Shown here in pieces: positions 57,701 to 64,000 of a DNA stretch of 64,000 nucleotides. Each line of letters opens with the position of its first letter. Positions within the stretch are counted from its first letter, which is position 1. Under the pieces are notes generated by a model, which was given only the letters and a program-made list of their open reading frames with translations, was not told where the DNA came from and made no database searches. The stretch comes from Candidatus Abyssobacteria bacterium SURF_5 (GTDB taxonomy: Bacteria; Abyssobacteria; SURF-5), in the NCBI GenBank assembly GCA_003598085.1, contig QZKU01000042.1, forward strand, positions 28,138-92,137, given 5' to 3'. Made by a program: the position numbers and the translations under genes.

Positions 57701-58234
57701 CCACGGTATTTTCTCCCAGGTATCGCGCGCGCGGTTGAAATACTCGACGGGCGGCTTTCCGGTGACCGGGTCACGCGGGAATCCTTTTTCGACCCATTCG
57801 CGGAAGCCGGTGCGCACCATGGGCGCCTTCACGCGGCGGTCTCCGTAGAAGCGTCGTGTGAGGGCGAGCCCTTTCTGGCAGCAGCGGGGGTCCCATCGGG
57901 CGGAGGCCTTGTTTCCGTAAAGGTCTTCGGCCTTTCCATAGCCGTAGGTGGCGCCGATGCGCACGATGACATCGTTTTTGACGTGCGCGGTGAGCAGGCA
58001 ATTATGCGTGTCGTTGGGCGCGCACAGAAACGTGAAGGTGCTGTCGGGTTTGAAGAGATCCCGATAGACTTTTTCCCAATCGCGATTCGGGTAAGCCTCG
58101 AGAGGGCTTTGCGCCGCCTCGACGAAGAGCCAGGGGAACTGTGCCAGGTATCCGGCAAAACCGAGCGCCGACGCTTTCTTAATGAACTCGCGGCGCCCAA
58201 ATCCGTTGCCGGCTTCCGATCCTTTGGTTGTCAT
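54758..58234 (-). CDS. Molybdopterin oxidoreductase alpha subunit, NarG/NxrA type (type II DMSO reductase family), Tat-exported
   Basis: 1158 aa. Twin-arginine motif GRREFIKK. N-terminal Fe-S motif CAPNDTHNC (C-x3-D-x3-C) followed by ...[32 protein letters not shown] aligns to the E. coli NarG ...QTRTPDAHFFTEVRYKGTK segment that carries the Asp Mo ligand. Confidence 0.9.
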   Translation of the reverse strand: MTTKGSEAGNGFGRREFIKKASALGFAGYLAQFPWLFVEAAQSPLEAYPNRDWEKVYRDLFKPDSTFTFLCAPNDTHNCLLTAHVKNDVIVRIGATYGYGKAEDLYGNKASARWDPRCCQKGLALTRRFYGDRRVKAPMVRTGFREWVEKGFPRDPVTGKPPVEYFNRARDTWEKIPWEKAADLAARTLINVAQTYSGEAGAKRLRAQGYDEEMIEVTRGAGTQCLKFRGGMPLLGMTRVFGMYRFANSLALLDRHIRGVSEDDALGGRGWDNYSWHTDLPPGHPMVTGQQTVEFDLDSTEQADLVIVWGMNWITTKMPDAHWLTEARVKGTRVVVIACEYSATVNKADVGIMVRPGTTPALALALSNVIVQEKLFDEKYVKRFTDLPLLVRYDNMKLLHASDIFKDYQNADLKNMARVVRPDDKKIPPHKQVEQLIPAEMRDEWGDFVVWDTKKKAPAAITRDQVGNHFDDSGLSPALEGEFEVTLTNDETVRAATIFTVIKNYLADNYSPENGEQITWAPKDAIVSLAREIAAHPGKTLMAIGMGPNQFFNNDLKDRAVFLLAALTGNVGRIAGNVGSYAGNYRVALFNGLAQYVNENPFDIELDPAKPARPKVYWRAESAHYYNHEDHPLKVGGKLFTGKTHMPAPTKTLWFANANSILGNVKWHYNVVHNVLPKFEMIAVNEWWWSTSCEHADIVFAADSWAETKNPDMCASVTNPFLTLYPETPIARIHDSRGDIEIIAMVGKRIGELIDDPRFSLYWKFADEQKSGVYLQRILDHSSNTAGYSFADLHEKAKKGVPALMMSRTMPKCVGFEQTEESVPWYTKTGRLEFYRDEPEFIEHGENLPVHREPIDSTFYEPNAILAAAHPLIRPLTPQDYGLDPGDQSGEVRQVRNVVKPWSELSQTQHPLMSQGYRFIFHTPKYRHGAHTTPIDTDMVAILFGPFGDIYRRDKRMPFVSEGYVDINPQDARKLGIEDGDYVWIDADPADRPYRGWKPDDPDYKVSRLLCRARYYPGTPLGVTRMWFNMYAATPGSVKGQETREDGLAKNPETNYQAMFRTGSHQSATRGWLKPTHMTDSLVRKDVAGQNIGKGFLPDVHCPTGAPRESFVKIEKAEPGGINGSALWQPAALGIRPTYESESFKRYLSGAYIVKRSQ

Positions 58235-58258
58235 GACACCTCCTGAGAAGGCAAATGA

Positions 58259-60583
58259 TTATTGCTTTGACTGTAGCGCACGAACAAAGGCGACAGTATC
58301 GTTAACGTCCTCTGCCGTCAATCTCGGGTAATTCAGATTGTCGGTTGCAAAGGCGGGCATGCCGAACATCGGGCGGCCGCGAATGATGGATGCCTGCAGG
58401 TATCCGTCGGTGGCGGCAGCCAGGAACGCGGAATTTGCAAGCTCCGGCGCCCATCCGTTGATGCCTCCCTGTCCATGGCACCCGGTACAGTTCTGATTGA
58501 AGAGGGTTTGGCCGTTTTGAGCGTCCCCCTGAACGAGCCGGCCCGGCGCTTGCGCCGGCAACTTCGCCAGTCGCCGGCGGATATATGTGATTGCATTGGA
58601 CAGTTGTTGATCGGTCACCTCCGGCGCAGAAAGTTGCCCGGGCGCATCTTTGGGCTGAATACAGCGGCCCAACCGAACGGCGGCCCCCAGATAGTCGTCG
58701 GATGCAGCTTCAAGAAGGGAAGGATTGACGATGTTTACCGCGTATTTCCCCTCTCCTCTTTCGGCGTGACATGGAGCGCACGATTCTGCGAAAACCGCCT
58801 GGCCATCCATAATTGAATCTGCCGGCGGAAGAACGGGCAGTTTCGCTTTCTTTCCCGACCGGAGGCTTTCGATGTAATCGATGAGGGAGGCCAATTCCTG
58901 AGCATTCAGCTCCGGCCGGCTTCCCATCGCGGTGTCTTCGCGCCCCTGTGTCAACATGTGGTAGAGGAACTTTGTGTCTGCCGTTTGAAGGAAGACCTCA
59001 TTGGAAAGATCGGGTCCGATGGCGGTGTTGGAGTCGTGGCAGACTGCGCAACTCTCGCGATAGATGGCTTTGCCGAGTTCGAGTTCATGCTGTGCGGAGG
59101 AGACATCCTGCCACGAGGGCGCCGCGGGTTGCTGCGAGCGCAGATATTCGACCAGCGATTGAATTTCGGCGGCACGAAGGCCGCCCTCTTTTGTTCCCCA
59201 CGGCGGCATCTTGCGGCCGGGACGCCCATTGACCAGATTTTCTCGAATGAACCGATCTGAAGCAACGGCCAAGAACTCCTGGCTCGTCACTGCCGGGAAT
59301 TTTTGGGTGAAAATACCGAAGCCGGCTCCCTGTCCGCTGACACCGTGACAGGAATTGCAGAATGCGCTGTAGAGTGATTTTCCGTCGGCAGAGAATTCGC
59401 GCTTGCCGAGCCGCTCGGACTCGAACCGGCCGGCAGGCCATCTGTTCATGGGGACATCGGCTCCACGCAGGGAGAGCATGTAGAGCGTAACTGCCTCGAG
59501 TTCCTCCGGCCTCAGCTCGGCGTGCGGCATTAGGCTGCCGGCGACAATGAGCGCGGGATCGAGCAGATGCGCCTTATGCCAGTTCGCCAGGTTATGTTCG
59601 CCTTCGACATACGAGAAATCGAGACGGTTTGGATTCTTCTTTCCGGTTGCCGACAAATCAGGGCCTTCGTCGCCGCCTGTCCCATTGATCCGGTGACAGC
59701 CGAGGCATCCTTTCCGATAAACAAGTGCTTTGGCGTCGACGAAGGCGGGCGCTTGCATGAGAGTATTGAGAAACGCATTTATCGCTGTGACTTCTTCCGG
59801 ATCGATCGGGCCGTAGCTCTCCAGCCACGCCGGCTCGATCGACTGTTGCTGCAACTCGAGGTGGTTCTGATGCCAATCGGCAAGAAATCCTCTGATGCCG
59901 ACCGTGGAGAGATCGGGCCCTGTGCCGCGCCCGCGCGCATCAACTTTATGGCACGCAAGACAATCGTATTGTTCGAACAGGCGCTTTCCACGGTCGGCCA
60001 ACTCTTGCGGCGGCACTTTCACGTGAGTGTGGCAACTGCCGCAGCCGGCCTGAAAGTAGCCGGCGGGAATGAGCGGGTCTTCCCAATGGGGGACGGTTCC
60101 ATGCGCGTCCTCGGTTGTTGTTGCAAGACCCTGTCCGCCATGACACAACGTGCAGCCGAACTGCTCGGGCGGATGTATATCGAATACCCACTGCGGATGA
60201 GCGCCGTAGGGCTGCTTCTGGTCCGCCAGATTGGGATTGTCAAAACCCGCGTGACATGTTGTGCAGCGATCGGAGACACCATATGCCGCCGACGTTATCT
60301 GCTTGATTTCCTGGGGGAACGGCGGCGGGCTTTTCCCCTCGGCGACGGCGACCGCGGCGAGCACGCTCTTGAAATTTCTCTGATGCTTCAGCCAGGGTTT
60401 CAGATAATGCTCGGTTATTATGGCGGCCAGCAGGCAGAGCAAAACGACTCCTGAAGTGATCAGCAAGGCCCAGCGTGCTCGCCTGCCTGCGGGAGTAACT
60501 GGATCGAACGTCGGGACGGTCAACCCTGAGAAGACCTCCGGGCGATGATTCTGTCCTGAGTTTCCGTTCAATGAATCGGCCAT
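58259..60583 (-). CDS. Membrane-anchored multihaem cytochrome c (nine CxxCH motifs)
   Basis: Start MADSLNG at 60583, which overlaps the cytochrome b stop by 16 nt. One N-terminal TM. CxxCH motifs: CTTCH, CTLCH, CGSCH, CLACH, CLGCH, CNSCH, CAVCH, CAPCH, CTGCH. The track start 60916 is an upstream extension inside cytochrome b. Confidence 0.85.
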   Translation of the reverse strand: MADSLNGNSGQNHRPEVFSGLTVPTFDPVTPAGRRARWALLITSGVVLLCLLAAIITEHYLKPWLKHQRNFKSVLAAVAVAEGKSPPPFPQEIKQITSAAYGVSDRCTTCHAGFDNPNLADQKQPYGAHPQWVFDIHPPEQFGCTLCHGGQGLATTTEDAHGTVPHWEDPLIPAGYFQAGCGSCHTHVKVPPQELADRGKRLFEQYDCLACHKVDARGRGTGPDLSTVGIRGFLADWHQNHLELQQQSIEPAWLESYGPIDPEEVTAINAFLNTLMQAPAFVDAKALVYRKGCLGCHRINGTGGDEGPDLSATGKKNPNRLDFSYVEGEHNLANWHKAHLLDPALIVAGSLMPHAELRPEELEAVTLYMLSLRGADVPMNRWPAGRFESERLGKREFSADGKSLYSAFCNSCHGVSGQGAGFGIFTQKFPAVTSQEFLAVASDRFIRENLVNGRPGRKMPPWGTKEGGLRAAEIQSLVEYLRSQQPAAPSWQDVSSAQHELELGKAIYRESCAVCHDSNTAIGPDLSNEVFLQTADTKFLYHMLTQGREDTAMGSRPELNAQELASLIDYIESLRSGKKAKLPVLPPADSIMDGQAVFAESCAPCHAERGEGKYAVNIVNPSLLEAASDDYLGAAVRLGRCIQPKDAPGQLSAPEVTDQQLSNAITYIRRRLAKLPAQAPGRLVQGDAQNGQTLFNQNCTGCHGQGGINGWAPELANSAFLAAATDGYLQASIIRGRPMFGMPAFATDNLNYPRLTAEDVNDTVAFVRALQSKQ

Positions 60584-62124
60584 TGGCTGTGGCTCCAATA
60601 AAAGTTCCAGTTTGGGCCGCGATGGACAGTCGCAACGTATGTCAGGATTATGAAAGCGACAAAGAAACAGGTGAACAACGCGATTGCGCCGGCGCGGGTG
60701 GAATTGTGCCGCCTGATGACATACAGCGACCAGCCCGCGAAAACCGCAACCAGGAGCGTCCCCGGGTTGAGCAGGATGATGACCAGTTGGGGGATGCCGG
60801 GGAACCAATTGCGCAGCCACCCAAACCGTATGGTGAAGGCGAGCAGCGCCACAACGACAATTGTCCCGAACAGCGCGCTCTGCAAGGCGAGCTTTCTTCT
60901 GCCGTCGCCGGCGCACCAGAGTCCACCCGGCTCTCTCTCACGATCGAGAAACGGGATAAGCCCTAATCCGATGAGAACGAGCGTTGGAATGCCGATGCCG
61001 CCCATGAAGGCGGAATAGGAGACCAGTTCCTGCAGTCCGAGGAAATACCACGGCGCCTTGGCCGGGTTTTCGGGGACGGCCGGATTCGCCAGTTCTTTTA
61101 AGGGAGCGTCGGCAATGAGCGCGAGCACAAGGCAGATCGCGCAGGTGGCCATGAAAACGGCCACTTCGGCATAGAACGCGTTTGGCCAGGAGGTGATCGT
61201 GTTTCCCTGGCCCAGATCGACATGCGGCGTTTTCCCCCGGACGAGCGCCATCAAGCCGTATGTCTTCTGCGGGCTCGGGTGGAAGGCGACATGCTGGCCC
61301 GTCAGCAGGCGCACCGGCGCCTCAGGCTCATCGAGGGGCCGGGCGAGGCCGCCGTCCTTGCGCACGCGCCAGAAGTGGACGCCGAGGAATATCGCCAGAA
61401 CCAGCGGCAGGAGGATTACGTGCAAAAGATAGAAGCGGGTGAGCGCCTCCTGTCCGACGGTATCCGCCCCAAGCAGGACGCGTTTTTGGATTCCGCCCGG
61501 GTCGAAGAATCTGGTAATACCGAGGGCGTCGGTCAGCTCACGCGGAGATTGAGCGATGTTGGAGCCGATCGTTATCGCCCAGTAGGCCAACTGGTCCCAG
61601 GGCAGCAGATATCCGGTGAAGCTGAGGCCGAGCGTCAGGACGAGCAGGGCGAGTCCAACAAGCCAATTAAATTCACGCGGGCTCTTGTACGAAGATGTAT
61701 AGAAGACGCGGGCCATGTGGAGAAACACGAGCAGTACCATGAGGTGGGCGCTCCAGCGATGGATATTGCGGATGAACTGGCCGGTCGGAACAATGAAGTG
61801 GATATCTTTGATCGATTCGTATGCCTGCAAAGTGGACGGTTTGTAATAGACCATCAGCAGGACGCCGGTGATGGTTAAAATGATGAAGGCGGCGAGGGCG
61901 CCGACTCCCAGGCCGCAGGTGCTCCAGAACTTGAGTGTTCGCTCCTGCACACGCGTCGAATGGATATGCAGGAAAAAGTTGGAGAATACGGCTTCCGAGC
62001 GGGTGCGGTCGGTATCGGGTCGGCCATGCCGGATTGCGGCGTCGCGAAGGTTTGCGGGCGTCTGCTGAAGATTCTCAGTGAACGTTTCGAGCGCGGTTCC
62101 AAATTGTTTCTTGTCCTGAGCCAT
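60568..62124 (-). CDS. Cytochrome b (b6-type N-terminal part fused to a subunit-IV-like part, plus extra C-terminal helices)
   Basis: 518 aa. His pairs at H122/H136 and H235/H250. GYLLPWDQLAYWA. Subunit-IV-like KAPWYFLGLQE. Confidence 0.9.
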   Translation of the reverse strand: MAQDKKQFGTALETFTENLQQTPANLRDAAIRHGRPDTDRTRSEAVFSNFFLHIHSTRVQERTLKFWSTCGLGVGALAAFIILTITGVLLMVYYKPSTLQAYESIKDIHFIVPTGQFIRNIHRWSAHLMVLLVFLHMARVFYTSSYKSPREFNWLVGLALLVLTLGLSFTGYLLPWDQLAYWAITIGSNIAQSPRELTDALGITRFFDPGGIQKRVLLGADTVGQEALTRFYLLHVILLPLVLAIFLGVHFWRVRKDGGLARPLDEPEAPVRLLTGQHVAFHPSPQKTYGLMALVRGKTPHVDLGQGNTITSWPNAFYAEVAVFMATCAICLVLALIADAPLKELANPAVPENPAKAPWYFLGLQELVSYSAFMGGIGIPTLVLIGLGLIPFLDREREPGGLWCAGDGRRKLALQSALFGTIVVVALLAFTIRFGWLRNWFPGIPQLVIILLNPGTLLVAVFAGWSLYVIRRHNSTRAGAIALFTCFFVAFIILTYVATVHRGPNWNFYWSHSQWPIH

Positions 62125-62132
62125 ATCGCCTC

Positions 62133-62600
62133 CTAGACGTGAAATTTGGTTCCGGCGGATACTTGCTTCTGCACGTCGACAACCAGTTGTCCGTCGGGCG
62201 CCATCGCGACTTCGAGCCAGGGCAGTGGAGAGGGCGCAGGTCCTTTTTTCACCTCGCCCTGAAGCCCAAATTTTGAGCCGTGGCAGGGGCAGTCGAAACC
62301 TGTGGGGCTCTGCGAGACTATGCAGCCGAGGTGAGTGCAGACGCCGGAGATGGCGAAGAAACCTTCCCCATCACGGAAGAGGAATGCGCGGGCTGCAGGC
62401 ATCCAGCGGACAGTCTCCGGCGCAAAATCATCCGGCCGGCCTATTTTGATTTTGCCCGCCTCACCGGTGATAACGGCAGGAAACGGGAGCCGGGCGATCC
62501 CGCCGGCGGTAACGACGAGTGCGGCTCCGCAGGTCCACGTGGCGGCTTTCCCCAAAAAATCACGCCGCGGGACTGGTTGTGGTTTTCGCAGTTCGCTCAT
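62133..62600 (-). CDS. Rieske [2Fe-2S] protein, Tat-exported
   Basis: Start MSELRK at 62600 (ATGA overlap with the upstream gene). PRRDFLGK twin-arginine motif. CTHLGC and CPCHGS cluster boxes. Confidence 0.9.
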   Translation of the reverse strand: MSELRKPQPVPRRDFLGKAATWTCGAALVVTAGGIARLPFPAVITGEAGKIKIGRPDDFAPETVRWMPAARAFLFRDGEGFFAISGVCTHLGCIVSQSPTGFDCPCHGSKFGLQGEVKKGPAPSPLPWLEVAMAPDGQLVVDVQKQVSAGTKFHV

Positions 62601-64000
62601 TCGAGTTTCTCCTGGAAACAAAAGCGTTCCATGGTGATAGCGCCGGTTGGACACCTCATGGCGCAACAGGCGCACCGTATGCATTTTTCTTCGTCTTTAA
62701 TGATTGCGGAGAGCGGCTTGCCGGGGTCAAGGAGCGAGATGCTGCGGGCGAGCGCGCCGATCTCGTCATTCGACTCGAGGTTGTCGAGAGACACGAGCCG
62801 CAGGCATAGGGTCGGGCAGACATCGGCGCAGCCGCCGCAGAGAACGCATTTTTCCGAGTCGAAAATCGTATTGATTCCGCAGTCGAGACAGCGTGAGGCT
62901 TCCACCCGCGCTCGCGCTTCATTGTATCCTTTCTCGACGCTCAGGGATTTGTCCTTGAGGCGCAGCGAGGGATCCGTGACCGGAATCTTCACTCGCGCCA
63001 ATCGCTCGTAGCCCTTCTCGCGCCGATAGGCCGGCGGTTCGAAATGGAGCTCGAGCGCGCGTGGGTCGAGAGAATTTCCTGTCAGGAATTCGAAGACGGA
63101 GCGCGCGGCTTTTTTTCCGCTCGCAATCGCGTCGATCATCAGCCGGGGGCCGTGAGCGACGTCACCGGCAAAAAAGACGGATGCGGCCGTGCTTTGCATG
63201 GTTTGCGGGTTGATCGAAGGGATTCCGCGGTCGCTGATCTCGATGCCGGTTTGAGCGGGATCGATAAACGAGAGGTCCGATGCCTGGCCGACGGCAAGGA
63301 GGACGGTATCGCACTCGATCGTTGTTAATTCGGCGGGATCGAATTCAGGCGCGAACCGTTTATTTTCGTCATACACGCGCAGCACCTTCTGGAAGACTGC
63401 GCCGGTGACGCGGCCCTGATCGTCCCGGATGATTTCTTTCGGGCCGAGGCTGGTTCTGAGGGTTATTCCTTCCTCGGCGCCTTCCACGATTTCGACATCG
63501 TCGGCAGGCATCTCGATCAGCGATTCGAGACAACACAGAGTCACCTCGCGTACTCCGGGCACGCGAACGGCGGTGCGGGCCGAATCAAAAAATTCCTGCC
63601 GCAGGACGGTTCGGCTGACGTCGTACGCCACGTTTCCGCCGCCGATTACGACCACCCGCTTCCCGATATCGACCGGGTTTCTCAGCGCTACATCCCTGAG
63701 GAAATCGACGCCGCCAAGGACGCCTGGGCCGTCGATTCCCGGCAGGCGCAGCCCGCGCGATCTCTTTGCGCCCACGGCCACAACGACGGCATCGTGTTCC
63801 CTTGTAAGCGACTCAAACGCGATGTCTTTGCCGATCTGGATTCCGCAACGAATTTCGGCACCCAAAGACTCAATCAGGGCAACCTCGGCTCTTATTACGT
63901 CGCGCGGCAGGCGGTATTCCGGCACGCCCAGGTAGAGCATGCCGGCGGCGACCGGCTCCATCTCATAGATGATCGGTTGCAGGCCGAGTAAAGCCAGGTC
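62597..64000 (-). CDS. GltD-like FAD/NAD(P)-binding flavoprotein with a C-terminal 2x[4Fe-4S] ferredoxin domain (5' end outside the window)
   Basis: The frame stays open to the window edge (...DLALLGLQPIIYEMEPVAAGMLYLGVPEYRLP). VVVIGGGNVAYD NAD fold, FFAGDVAHGP. C-terminal CLDCG...CVLCGGCADVCP and CIRCACCAMRCP. Confidence 0.85.
   Translation of the reverse strand, partial: DLALLGLQPIIYEMEPVAAGMLYLGVPEYRLPRDVIRAEVALIESLGAEIRCGIQIGKDIAFESLTREHDAVVVAVGAKRSRGLRLPGIDGPGVLGGVDFLRDVALRNPVDIGKRVVVIGGGNVAYDVSRTVLRQEFFDSARTAVRVPGVREVTLCCLESLIEMPADDVEIVEGAEEGITLRTSLGPKEIIRDDQGRVTGAVFQKVLRVYDENKRFAPEFDPAELTTIECDTVLLAVGQASDLSFIDPAQTGIEISDRGIPSINPQTMQSTAASVFFAGDVAHGPRLMIDAIASGKKAARSVFEFLTGNSLDPRALELHFEPPAYRREKGYERLARVKIPVTDPSLRLKDKSLSVEKGYNEARARVEASRCLDCGINTIFDSEKCVLCGGCADVCPTLCLRLVSLDNLESNDEIGALARSISLLDPGKPLSAIIKDEEKCIRCACCAMRCPTGAITMERFCFQEKLE

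Noticed and set aside
60584-60916. N-terminal 111-codon extension of the cytochrome c ORF inside cytochrome b
   Set aside because: The extension is Arg/His/Pro-rich and overlaps the cytochrome b C-terminus. MADSLNG at 60583 gives a normal short overlap and a TM anchor.
1-64000. Mobile elements, prophage, genomic island or defence island
   Set aside because: I recognised no integrase, transposase, recombinase, tRNA attachment site, terminal inverted repeats, restriction-modification, toxin-antitoxin or cas genes. The gene content looks like core metabolism and signalling.

Overview
64-kb chromosomal window from a GC-rich, probably uncultivated bacterium. All calls come from reading the supplied ORF translations and the DNA by eye; no searches were run. 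I saw about 60 protein-coding genes. I found no rRNA, tRNA, CRISPR array, transposase, integrase or prophage gene. Content in order: (1) 0.1-6.9 kb, an M28/glutaminyl-cyclase-like protein plus three large GT-C-like membrane proteins. (2) uvrA and pcm. (3) 10.8-15.9 kb, a four-gene two-component operon with two degenerate members. (4) PpiC-type isomerase, inositol monophosphatase and sulfotransferase. (5) 18.6-24.4 kb, an acyl-CoA ligase plus a 2-oxoacid:ferredoxin oxidoreductase whose delta ferredoxin is fused to a GltD-like NAD(P)H flavoprotein. (6) csoR / rseC-like / copA copper operon with a recognisable promoter and operator. (7) 28.2-33.0 kb, an S55 peptidase / beta-propeller / REC-DHp operon. 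(8) M24 peptidase, VOC protein and two-subunit aconitase X. (9) An NDP-forming acyl-CoA synthetase alpha-like protein fused to RNase HI. (10) Assorted small enzymes and regulators, including a radical SAM / SIS / MBL trio. (11) 50.6-64.0 kb, the most striking block: one minus-strand supercluster encoding a GltD-like flavoprotein, Rieske protein, cytochrome b, a nine-haem cytochrome c, a Tat-exported NarG/NxrA-type molybdoenzyme (alpha, beta, gamma, chaperone), TusA and a small siroheme-type reductase. A second recurring signal is a dispersed family of CACGGAC short tandem repeats in the 3' regions of three plus-strand genes. Many long ORFs in the track are antisense artefacts of this GC-rich DNA and were rejected.
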